From assembly GCF_000010625.1 (NCBI RefSeq), contig NC_010296.1, positions 300,001 through 332,000 of the forward strand: a DNA stretch of 32,000 nt, read 5' to 3'. Origin of the DNA: Microcystis aeruginosa NIES-843. Its GTDB lineage: Bacteria > Cyanobacteriota > Cyanobacteriia > Cyanobacteriales > Microcystaceae. Shown in pieces: positions 18,219-26,608 of the stretch; position 1 is the stretch's first letter; each line of letters starts with the position of its first letter. The translations under genes were made by a program, and so were the position numbers. Under the pieces are notes generated by a model that made no database searches, had not been told where the DNA came from, and saw only the letters and a program-made list of their open reading frames with translations.

Positions 18219-18560
18219 ATGGCCATGCAACGCACCCGTTTAAGTACGCTGGCTAATGTCACCAGCAGTCGATTTAATAGCTTTTTTGGTAATCCTTGGC
18301 GACGGATTTCCCTACAGATAATTTGTGTTTTATTTGGAATTTTTTCTGGTCAAGCAATTGTCACCACTGCTGGACAAACTGCTCAATGGGATGTCACCGC
18401 GGCCGGTTTATTAGTGCTGTTTACGGAGGCGATTAGCCGGATTGTTTACCGAAAAAGTTCTCAGGCTAAACCCGCACCGATTCTGCGAGAATCTTTCAAT
18501 TTACTCAAAATTGGTATCACCTATAGTTTATTTCTAGAAGCCTTTAAAATTGGCTCTTAA
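18219..18560 (+). CDS. Ycf20-like (DUF565) small membrane protein
   Basis: 113 aa with two or three TM helices. The N-terminus TRLSTL...FFGNPWRR resembles Ycf20-family proteins. It starts 2 nt after the upstream stop. Confidence 0.55.
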   Translation: MAMQRTRLSTLANVTSSRFNSFFGNPWRRISLQIICVLFGIFSGQAIVTTAGQTAQWDVTAAGLLVLFTEAISRIVYRKSSQAKPAPILRESFNLLKIGITYSLFLEAFKIGS

Positions 18561-19001
18561 ATAGGGTTGGCTGAAAATGTTTCTTGGTGGGGTGAGGATT
18601 CAGGAGCCAGTCGGGGAAAGTGGAAACCTTGCCCTTAAGTGCCGACCGGCAGCGAGCAATCGTAGCCAGCCTAGACAGAACAAGTGTATTAGTTAAGCTG
18701 CCCAACGATACCCTTACTCCATGGCGCTTCTCAGGAAAATAAGGATTTCAGACGTTCATTCTCATTAGTACATTAAAATTACCCAGCTTTAGCATAGGCT
18801 CTGTAAGACTTTTAGCCATGGCTAATATATTCATACGGGAGAAGTTCAGTTATAATTAAATTACCAAATTATATTTAGGGCAAATTTTTTTAATCATCAT
18901 GCCACAACAATCCTTAATCGCTAAAACCCTGACAGAGCAAGCCGTTACCCCCCCCCGCACAAAATCGTTTAAATGTCAAGCTTTTTAGAAAAATATTTTT
19001 A

Positions 19002-21350
19002 TTGTCTCCCCTGTTGTTTTGGGAATTATTGGGTTTAGAAGTTAGCTCAGTTAAAGCAGTAGAAAACCTACAATGTCCCGTTATTTCTAGGGAAGAAGTT
19101 GATACTAATGCTCTTAAAAGAGAAATTGCTAATTATTCAGCCACTCTGCGAGTCTATCCTAGCGATCTGGGTACGATTAAACTTTATCTTCAACGGGGAA
19201 TGGCCCGAGAAAAAATCAACGATCAAAACGGTGCGATCGATGATTTCAGTCAATACATTTGGTATAGTAATTATAATGCTCCCGCCTTCAAAGATCGACA
19301 GTTACTAGCTCAAGCCTATTATCAAAGAGGTGTGTTAAAGTTAGCCATGGTGATTGAGGGAGAAAAAACCCCTATAGCCGCCGAGGAAATCCCTGTTATT
19401 GAGGAAAAAACCCCTATAGTTGAGGAAATCCCTGTTATTGAGGAAGAAACACCCTTGATTGAGCGAGAAAGCCGAATCAAGGATCAGCATCAGCTAAAAT
19501 TATTAGAAGCTGCTCGCTCAGATTTTCAGCAAGCCTTTAAGTATAATCCCAATAAAAGCGAAGTTTACTTTAACCTAGCAATTATTGCGTCTTTGCTCAA
19601 TCATCAATCCTTGGCTTTAGATTATTACCAGCGTTTCATTGGTTATGAAACTGAAGATTATCGCGGCTATTATCATCGAGGACAGCTATACTCTCAGTGG
19701 GGAAATTATGCAGAGGCTATCAAAGATTATGATCTGGCTATTTTATACAAACCCGATCTAATTGAAGGCTATTATAATCGGGCTATAGCTTTAGAAAAGA
19801 TAGGGGGAAAACGAGAGGCTTTTAAGGATTATAAAATCGTTTTAAAATGCTCACCCAAACTATTTTTAGCCAAGAATGCTCCTAGCAGTTATCAAAACCG
19901 TGCCAGAGTACAAATTGAAATGGCTGACGAGGAAGTCGAATTAGCCAATTTATCTTCTAATTCCCCCCAAGGGTATCAAACAGCGATCGAGTATTATAAT
20001 GGAGCAATCAAAGATCTAGCACTTGTCATCCGTATTAATCCCAACTACGATAAAATTCCCCATTCTAGAGCATTTCTTAAACGGGGTTATGCTCACCTAA
20101 GACTCAACAATAATCAAGGGGCAATTCAAGATTATAACCAAGCAATTTATCTGCAACCCCAAGACGCAAAAGCCTATGTATATCGGGGGTTAATGCGAGC
20201 GAATAAATATCAAGAATACGCGGGAGCTTTAGAGGATTTTACTGCGGCAGTAGCACGAAATCGTCATGATGCAGCCGCTAACTATCATCGGGGGTTAGTG
20301 CTGTATAAATTGGGGCGTTATCAGGAGGCAGTAGATAATTATAATATTGCCTTAGCCCAAGATGATGGGATTAATACACCTAGTTTTACTTCTCGATCTG
20401 TCTGTAGCGAAAATATCCGAGAATCTGCCGAGAAAAATTATTTTTATGACTCCAGAGAAACTGATTTTCGTCCTAATTATAATGTCTCTTGTCATGCTCT
20501 GGCCCGGGGAGATGCTTATTTTGCTCTGAAAAATTTTGCTGCGGCCGAAAGAGATTATACTACTTATATAGTTGCCTATCCTAACGATCCAGAAGGCTAT
20601 CATAAACGGGCTAATGCGCGTTTTGAAAAAGGGGATAAACAGGGAGCGATCGAGGATTATAATGTATTCCTACAAAAAGTCCGTGATGCGAGAATTTTCT
20701 ATAGTCGTGGTAATAGTAGCGCTGACGTGGGAGATGATCAAGGAGCGATTACAGATTATCTGCAATCTTTGAGCATTAATCCTATCGATGTGACAGCGTA
20801 TAGTAATCGGGGAAATGCACGCACTGATACCGCTACTATTCCCGATAATGTACAAGTAACACCGAGAATATCGGAGAATCCGATCGCCTATAATAATCGT
20901 GGTATTATTCGACGACAAACTGGGGATAAGGAGGGTGCTTTAGAGGATTTAGATAAGGCAGTTAGCTTGAATTCCAATAATCCGATCGCCTATAATAACC
21001 GGGGAGTTATTCGCTTTGATTTGGGAGATAATGCCAGTGCTTTGGAGGATTTAAATATGGCTATTTCTCTCCAGTCTAACTATGCTGAAGCTTACTATAA
21101 TCGAGGTTTAGTTAAGGAAAAAATGGGCGATAAGAAGGCAGCGATCGCTGATTATCAATTAGCAATTACTTATCAGCCAAATTATGGCGAAGCTTATTAT
21201 AATTTGGCGCTTGCCACCTACGACGATAAAAATCCTAGTAGTCGAGTAGCGAGCCTTAACTATTTGCAAAAAGCCGCTAATGCTTTGATAAAAACTGGTA
21301 ATTTAGAACTGTATGAACGCGCGGTAGAATGGATGTTAAAAATGCAGTAA
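19002..21350 (+). CDS. TPR-repeat protein (start uncertain; see the C9-tract finding)
   Basis: 782 aa with many 34-aa TPR units (AEAYYNRGL..GDK.GAI.DY..AI...PN). There is an acidic tandem insert EEIPVIEEKTPIVEEIPVIEEETPLIE at ~19369-19460. The only in-frame start is a TTG. Confidence 0.8.
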   Translation: MSPLLFWELLGLEVSSVKAVENLQCPVISREEVDTNALKREIANYSATLRVYPSDLGTIKLYLQRGMAREKINDQNGAIDDFSQYIWYSNYNAPAFKDRQLLAQAYYQRGVLKLAMVIEGEKTPIAAEEIPVIEEKTPIVEEIPVIEEETPLIERESRIKDQHQLKLLEAARSDFQQAFKYNPNKSEVYFNLAIIASLLNHQSLALDYYQRFIGYETEDYRGYYHRGQLYSQWGNYAEAIKDYDLAILYKPDLIEGYYNRAIALEKIGGKREAFKDYKIVLKCSPKLFLAKNAPSSYQNRARVQIEMADEEVELANLSSNSPQGYQTAIEYYNGAIKDLALVIRINPNYDKIPHSRAFLKRGYAHLRLNNNQGAIQDYNQAIYLQPQDAKAYVYRGLMRANKYQEYAGALEDFTAAVARNRHDAAANYHRGLVLYKLGRYQEAVDNYNIALAQDDGINTPSFTSRSVCSENIRESAEKNYFYDSRETDFRPNYNVSCHALARGDAYFALKNFAAAERDYTTYIVAYPNDPEGYHKRANARFEKGDKQGAIEDYNVFLQKVRDARIFYSRGNSSADVGDDQGAITDYLQSLSINPIDVTAYSNRGNARTDTATIPDNVQVTPRISENPIAYNNRGIIRRQTGDKEGALEDLDKAVSLNSNNPIAYNNRGVIRFDLGDNASALEDLNMAISLQSNYAEAYYNRGLVKEKMGDKKAAIADYQLAITYQPNYGEAYYNLALATYDDKNPSSRVASLNYLQKAANALIKTGNLELYERAVEWMLKMQ

Positions 21351-21393
21351 TTTCTCGAAAAAATAAGCTCATTTTTGACAAAGACTTCAAGAC

Positions 21394-21765
21394 TTGGCTA
21401 TTTCAAGCCTTCAAAGAGCGGGGGAGTCTCTTATTGCCGATCAATTAGCCGCTAATCATCATGCTCTTGCTCAAGAGCTACAGCAAGTTTTAGGAAAGCA
21501 ACGGTTGAAACAGATTCCAGAGAATGGATTAAGATTACTTCCTAGATATCGTCACAGTGGCGAGGATTTAGTTATACTTGAAGAAAGCTCTATAGATTCA
21601 ACTCAAATTGTCTTTAATCAAGAAACTGAAGCTAAAATAGAGAGAGTCTTAGATGAACATCGTCAACGACAAAAATTAGCTAAGTATGGATACTTACCAA
21701 AGACCAAACTTCTTTTCTGGGGGCCTCCTGGGTGTGGTAATAAGATTAAGTGCTGTTATTTCTAG
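21394..21765 (+). pseudogene. Truncated AAA+ ATPase gene (breaks inside the Walker A motif)
   Basis: ...KLLFWGPPGCGNKIKCCYF*: the GPPGxGKT loop is interrupted and a MITE copy begins at 21766. The only available start is a TTG. Confidence 0.55.
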
Positions 21766-21883
21766 ACCCAAGGAAACCCAACAAAAAGATTCAGACGGAT
21801 TTAGGTGTTGGGTGTTGGGTTGCGCTTTTCCTGGGAATTGAGAGGTTTTCTTTAACATATTTATTCGCTCAAACCAACCTACG
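21766..21883. mobile_element. MITE (GTAGGTTGGGTTGAG-type ends), copy 1, left end truncated
   Basis: ACCCAAGGAAACCCAACAAAAAGATTCAGACGGATTTAGGTGTTGGGTGTTGGGTTGCGCTTTTCCTG...CGCTCAAACCAACCTACG is shared with four other copies. Confidence 0.8.
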
Positions 21884-21903
21884 GACTACGGACTACTGAT
21901 TAA

Positions 21904-22347
21904 CTAGAAATTTGGGAAAAGATTAATAAAGGGTTTTTTATTTTTCCAGCGATAGGTATTAAAATCTCGATTATCAATTGATAAGATACGTCCATTTCCT
22001 AACTCTTCTGCTAAGATAACTAGAGAGGCATCGGCTAAGTCCATTGGCAGACTTTGATATTGTTTCATAAGGTCTTGAATTCTTTCTAGATGAGTATTTT
22101 CAAGGTGGAATAATAGAAATTTTTGGGGATGTCTCTCAAATACGTTCATTAATTTTATTTGTTTTTCAACTCCTGTATAGAGATTTGGAGAACGTTGTAA
22201 AAGAAGATGACAACTTTCTGTTAAAACACACCAAGTTGTAATTAGTGGTTGAGAAGAATACTGTGCTAAGGTTTGCTGTGCTATTAGATGATATTGATCT
22301 TTATTGTTAAATAAAGCCACCCAGAATCCAGTATCAACGATGATCAT
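21904..22347 (-). CDS. vapC: PIN-domain toxin (VapC family)
   Basis: 147 aa. The N-terminus is MIIVDTGFWVALFNNKD. It overlaps the upstream antitoxin ORF by 14 nt. Confidence 0.8.
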   Translation of the reverse strand: MIIVDTGFWVALFNNKDQYHLIAQQTLAQYSSQPLITTWCVLTESCHLLLQRSPNLYTGVEKQIKLMNVFERHPQKFLLFHLENTHLERIQDLMKQYQSLPMDLADASLVILAEELGNGRILSIDNRDFNTYRWKNKKPFINLFPNF

Positions 22348-22606
22348 ATTTAGCTTTTAATCCTTCTTTGAGAACAGATTTATAATTAGTAGAAAGGTCG
22401 GATTCTGCACTAATACAACCGATTAATCCAGATTCTTTTAAAATGTCTAGGGTACTTTGAGCTTCAGGGTTTATTTTTGCTGCAATCTCTGGCTTTTTTG
22501 CCAAGGAATAGCGTTTTTTTAATAACTCAATAAAATCAATCAGTAAGTTTTGTGCTTCTTCAGGTAATTGGTTAATATCTTCTTGAATTTGTTCTAAGTT
22601 AATCAT
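22334..22606 (-). CDS. Type II antitoxin partner of the PIN gene
   Basis: 90-aa ORF with a LPEEAQNLLIDFIELLKKR-type N-terminus, common in cyanobacterial antitoxins. It overlaps the PIN gene. Confidence 0.7.
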   Translation of the reverse strand: MINLEQIQEDINQLPEEAQNLLIDFIELLKKRYSLAKKPEIAAKINPEAQSTLDILKESGLIGCISAESDLSTNYKSVLKEGLKAKYDHR

Positions 22607-22710
22607 TAATTTTCCTCCGTTAAGATTTTTAAATGGGCTGCTAATTTTTAAGCCACATAACGAATAATTTTAACTTCTGCTCCTTTATTAACAGGAATAG
22701 AATTATCGTC

Positions 22711-22838
22711 CGTTGGGTTGACCCAAGGAAACCCAACAAAAAGATTCAGACTGATTTAGGTGTTGGGTGTTGGGTTGCGCTTTTCCTGAGAATTGAGAGG
22801 TTTTCTTTAACATATTTATTCGCTCAACCCAACCTACG
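22711..22838. mobile_element. MITE copy 2
   Basis: Near-identical to copy 1, including the GGGTTGCGCTTTTCCTG variant. It ends in GCTCAACCCAACCTACG. Confidence 0.8.
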
Positions 22839-22851
22839 AACTCTAGCTAAA

Positions 22852-23025
22852 GTAGGTTGGGTTGAGGCACGAAACCCAACAATACACCCAAGGAAACCCA
22901 ACAATACACCCAAGGAAACCCAACAAAAAGATTCAGACGGATTTAGGTGTTGGGTGTTGGGTTTCGCTTTCCCTGAGAATTGAGAGGTTTTCTTTAACAT
23001 ATTTATTCGCTCAACCCAACCTACG
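22852..23025. mobile_element. MITE copy 3 (full left end, internal 22-bp unit x2.5)
   Basis: It runs GTAGGTTGGGTTGAGGCACG...CTCAACCCAACCTACG, with AAACCCAACAATACACCCAAGG repeated internally. It ends 4 nt from the stop codon of the 1179-aa gene. Confidence 0.8.
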
Positions 23026-23029
23026 AAAC

Positions 23030-26000
23030 TCACCCCCCTAATTGTTGTAAAATCTGCATCACCTTTTCATAAGCAGCCATATTATTCTGTTGGAGGAATA
23101 ATATAGCTGCTTGTTGTAGATCAATTTTTACTTTTTCGGGTTGTCCTAATATGGCATATAAAATACTACGACTGACGTAAGCACCAGCATCATTAGGATT
23201 AATGTCAATAGCTTTGCTGAAGTCAGAGAGGGCTAAATCGTATTTCTGCTGGTTATAGTAAAGAAGCCCCCGATTGTAGTAAGCATTAGCATAATTAGGA
23301 TTAATGTCAATAGCTTTGCTGTAGTCAGAGAGGGCTAATTCGTATTTCTGCAAGTCAGAGTAAAGATTCCCCCGATTGTTGTAAGCACCAGCATCATTAG
23401 GATTAATGTCAATAGCTTTGCTGAAGTCAGAGAGGGCTAAATCGTATTTCTGCTGGTTATAGTAAAGAAGCCCCCGATTGTAGTAAGCCTCAGCAAACTT
23501 AGGATTAATGTCAATAGCTTTGCTGTAGTCAGAGAGGGCTAATTCGTATTTCTGCAAGTTTTTGTAAAGATTCCCCCGATTGTAGTAAGCCTTAGCATAA
23601 TTAGGATTAATTTCAATAGCTTTGCTGTAGTCAGAGAGGGCTAAATCGTATTTCTGCTGGTTATAGTAAAGATTCCCCCGATTGTAGTAAACCTTAGCAT
23701 CATTAGGATTAATGTCAATGGCTTTGCTGTAGTCAGAGAGGGCTAATTCGTACTTCTGCAAGTTTTTGTAAAGATTCCCCCGATTGACGTAAGCCTCAGC
23801 ATAATTAGGATTAATGTCAATGGCTTTGCTGTAGTCAGAGAGGGCTAATTCGTACTTCTGCAAGTTTTTGTAAAGATTCCCCCGATTGACGTAAGCCTCA
23901 GCATAATTAGGATTAATGTCAATGGCTTTGCTGTAGTCAGAGAGGGCTAAATCGTACTTCTGCAAGTCAGAGTAAAGAACCCCCCGATTGACGTAAGCCT
24001 CAGCATAATTAGGATTAATGTCAATGGCTTTGGTGTAGTCAGAGAGGGCTAAATCGTACTTCTGCAAGTCAGAGTAAAGAACCCCCCGATTGTTGTAAGC
24101 CATAGCATAATTAGGATTAATGTCAATAGCTTTGCTGTAGTCAGAGAGGGCTAAATCGTATTTCTGCAAGTCAGAGTAAAGATTCCCCCGATTGTTGTAA
24201 GCCATAGCATAATTAGGATTAATGTCAATGGCTTTGGTGTAGTCAGAGAGGGCTAATTCGTACTTCTGCAAGTTTTTGTAAAGATTCCCCCGATTGACGT
24301 AAGCCTCAGCAAACTTAGGATTAATGTCAATAGCTTTGCTGTAGTCAGAGAGGGCTAATTCGTATTTCTGCAAGTTTTTGTAAAGATTCCCCCGATTGTT
24401 GTAAGCATCAGCAAAATTAGGATTAAGTTCAATGGCTTTGTTCCAGTCAGAGAGGGCTAATTCGTATTTCTGCAAGTCAATGTAAAGATTCCCCCGATTG
24501 GAATACCAAGCAGCACGGGGAGCGAGATCAATTGCCTGAGTAATTGCGGCTAATCCCTCATCATAGCGTTTTAATTTATCTAATACTGCCCATTTCTCGT
24601 TATAGTAATTGGGGTTATTGGGAAGCAGAGAAATCGCCTGATTAATCACCGTTAATGCTTGCTCATAATTTTCTCTGGCTTCTCTTTCTCTACCAGCACT
24701 TGTTGAGAAGTCACCTAAAGAGCGATAAACTCCACTTTGCCGTTGTAAAATACTACTGTGAAAGTTCTTTAAATCTTCCCCTTTAGGTAAGGTATTAATC
24801 GCTTGTTGCAAAGCTTCTATAGCTGGTTGATCTTTATCTAAAGCACCTAACGCTAATCCCTTCCCATACCAAGCTAAATAGACATTCTTGGGGTCATTTT
24901 GCTTAATCGCTTCATCAAAGGCTTTAATTGCTTCCTCATGCCTTGCTAACCGCCATAATTGTCCCCCCCTTTCTATCCAAATATCCGCTGTTGCATTCGT
25001 ATTAGGAACAATAATACTATCAATCGCTTGAATAATTTCTAGTTTTTGTTGCTGGCTAACTTGGGGTTGAGCAGTGGTTAATAATTGCGGTTTTACCTTC
25101 AATCTCTCTTGCAATCCCATAAAAGTGCTAATGGGAATCCCCAAACTAAACCCTAACTGAATTTTCCCCCCCCCTGCTCCTTCTGAACGTCCATGAATCC
25201 CTATTACTCTCCCCTGGGAGTCTAAGACTGCACCGCCACTCATGCCCCCAAATGTGATGCTGGTATAAACTAATTCATACCCTCCGGTTAAAGAAGCAAC
25301 ACTTTGTAATGTTCCACTTTGTTGCGTGCTTAAGTCACTTTGGCGGGTTTGTAGTAATCCCTGTTCTTTACCCCCAATTATACCTCCACTAAACAACCAT
25401 TTCGAGGGATTGTTGCCAATTTTGGGGAAGCCTGCCGCAAAAACAAAATCACCGCTATTTGGGTTATAATTCGCTATTTCCGCAACGGGATAATTGTCCT
25501 GGCTTTCAAACTGAAAAACTGCTAAATCTACCCCTTCCTGCCGGATGATGGTGCTTTTCTCGATGTTTCGAGTTTTGCCGTCCCTGGTGACGACGGTGTA
25601 GGTGAAATTGACACAGGTTTTCTCCTCGGCGATTTTTTCGCAGAGGACGTGAGCGGCGGTTAAAACTGTGTAAATATTCCCTTTTTTAGCGATAATTACG
25701 CCACTTCCATTGGCTTTACTGCTACTATCGATCCGGACGGTGAAACCCTTGGCTTTTGTTTCTAATTCGGCGATATAGCCAGTATAGGCGGTGGTTTCTA
25801 TATCGGGGTTCACCTGCGGTAGGGGCAGGTTATAGGCGCTGAGGATTTCGGGCCGGATGTAGGTTAATAGGGTATTGATGGGAATGCCCCAATTAACCGC
25901 TCTCATCTGTTGGATTTCTGCGTCTGTGGGTTTCGTACCGTCCTCGTAGATGTAGTTAGAGAGAATCGGATGGGCCGATCGCCCGTTAAGGCCGATTAAC

Positions 26001-26569
26001 TCATCCTCGAAAAAGATACCACCGCCACTCATTCCCTGCACGATATCGCCACTATAACCGACGCTGTAGCCCTCCCGGAGGGGTCGATCGCTTGTTTGTT
26101 CAATTTTCCCGTTATCGGTGGTGTACTGCCCCGTTTCTGCGGAATAACCGGTCACGGTGATATCTAGTCCCGCTTCAAGGGGAATGGCGCTAATTTTGGC
26201 GATCGGATAATTCCTAGTATCGCTAAACTCCACTAGGGCCAGATCCTTATCTTTTAAAAGGGAATTCGGCACGATCGAGGCTGTGCGGGTTTGGCCGTCG
26301 TGGGTTTGGATCTGTAGGGTTTTCGCGCCGCGGATAACGTGAGCGTTGGTCAAAACGAGATATATACTGCCTTTTTTCCCGATAATGATTCCCGATCCCC
26401 GATTTATCTCGCTAGTAATCTTAACAGTGACTTGACGGATCGATCGCTCGATCTGCGCGTTTGGGCTGTCTTCCGCCACGATCGCCGGAGCAGAGAAAGG
26501 GGATAGCGCTTTAACCGGTACGACGGGCAGAAGTAGGAGGCTTAGGAGTAGGGGAAAGGGTTTCAACAT
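23030..26569 (-). CDS. Secreted protein with two tandem trypsin-like (S1) serine protease domains fused to ~19 TPR repeats
   Basis: 1179 aa with signal peptide MLKPFPLLLSLLLLPVVPVKA. Triad 1 is TNAH77 / D109LALV / GMS181GG. Triad 2 is TAAH307 / D348LAV / GGMS444GG. TPRs run from residue ~530 to the end. Confidence 0.85.
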   Translation of the reverse strand: MLKPFPLLLSLLLLPVVPVKALSPFSAPAIVAEDSPNAQIERSIRQVTVKITSEINRGSGIIIGKKGSIYLVLTNAHVIRGAKTLQIQTHDGQTRTASIVPNSLLKDKDLALVEFSDTRNYPIAKISAIPLEAGLDITVTGYSAETGQYTTDNGKIEQTSDRPLREGYSVGYSGDIVQGMSGGGIFFEDELIGLNGRSAHPILSNYIYEDGTKPTDAEIQQMRAVNWGIPINTLLTYIRPEILSAYNLPLPQVNPDIETTAYTGYIAELETKAKGFTVRIDSSSKANGSGVIIAKKGNIYTVLTAAHVLCEKIAEEKTCVNFTYTVVTRDGKTRNIEKSTIIRQEGVDLAVFQFESQDNYPVAEIANYNPNSGDFVFAAGFPKIGNNPSKWLFSGGIIGGKEQGLLQTRQSDLSTQQSGTLQSVASLTGGYELVYTSITFGGMSGGAVLDSQGRVIGIHGRSEGAGGGKIQLGFSLGIPISTFMGLQERLKVKPQLLTTAQPQVSQQQKLEIIQAIDSIIVPNTNATADIWIERGGQLWRLARHEEAIKAFDEAIKQNDPKNVYLAWYGKGLALGALDKDQPAIEALQQAINTLPKGEDLKNFHSSILQRQSGVYRSLGDFSTSAGREREARENYEQALTVINQAISLLPNNPNYYNEKWAVLDKLKRYDEGLAAITQAIDLAPRAAWYSNRGNLYIDLQKYELALSDWNKAIELNPNFADAYNNRGNLYKNLQKYELALSDYSKAIDINPKFAEAYVNRGNLYKNLQKYELALSDYTKAIDINPNYAMAYNNRGNLYSDLQKYDLALSDYSKAIDINPNYAMAYNNRGVLYSDLQKYDLALSDYTKAIDINPNYAEAYVNRGVLYSDLQKYDLALSDYSKAIDINPNYAEAYVNRGNLYKNLQKYELALSDYSKAIDINPNYAEAYVNRGNLYKNLQKYELALSDYSKAIDINPNDAKVYYNRGNLYYNQQKYDLALSDYSKAIEINPNYAKAYYNRGNLYKNLQKYELALSDYSKAIDINPKFAEAYYNRGLLYYNQQKYDLALSDFSKAIDINPNDAGAYNNRGNLYSDLQKYELALSDYSKAIDINPNYANAYYNRGLLYYNQQKYDLALSDFSKAIDINPNDAGAYVSRSILYAILGQPEKVKIDLQQAAILFLQQNNMAAYEKVMQILQQLGG
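23186..24511 (-). repeat. 13 head-to-tail 102-bp coding repeats (near-identical TPR units)
   Basis: Exact 102-bp periodicity. For example, 23704-23805 and 23806-23907 read identical. Unit consensus: xAYxNRGxLYxxxQKYxLALSDYxKAIDINPxxA. Confidence 0.9.
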
Positions 26570-26608
26570 GGTTATTATGGGGAAATTCGGGGTAAAACAG
26601 CGAAAATT

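Noticed and set aside
18566-18670. Cobalamin riboswitch or Yfr1-like sRNA as the identity of the structured intergenic island.
   Set aside because: GGGGAAAGTGGAAACC is only vaguely like the B12 aptamer core, and I find no B12 box. The minus-strand AATCCTCACCCCACC only partly resembles the Yfr1 ACTCCTCACAC motif. It is kept only as an unclassified candidate.
20352-20918. Minus- and plus-strand ORFs (20352-20603, 20572-20772, 20670-20918) within the 782-aa TPR gene.
   Set aside because: They are nested in or antisense to a long ORF with consistent TPR periodicity and have no independent evidence.
22824-23033. 69-aa ORF, and the 90-aa and 64-aa ORFs at 29723-29995, with GFLG-rich translations.
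   Set aside because: They lie entirely or mostly within MITE copies and their 22-bp internal repeats. Only the last ~43 codons of 29797-29991 are genuine (TPR remnant) coding sequence.
23186-24511. Whether the perfectly periodic repeats could be a CRISPR array or the variable/template repeats of a diversity-generating retroelement.
   Set aside because: The units are contiguous, in frame and coding (TPR), with no unique spacers. There is no reverse transcriptase in the window, and differences between units are not restricted to adenine positions.
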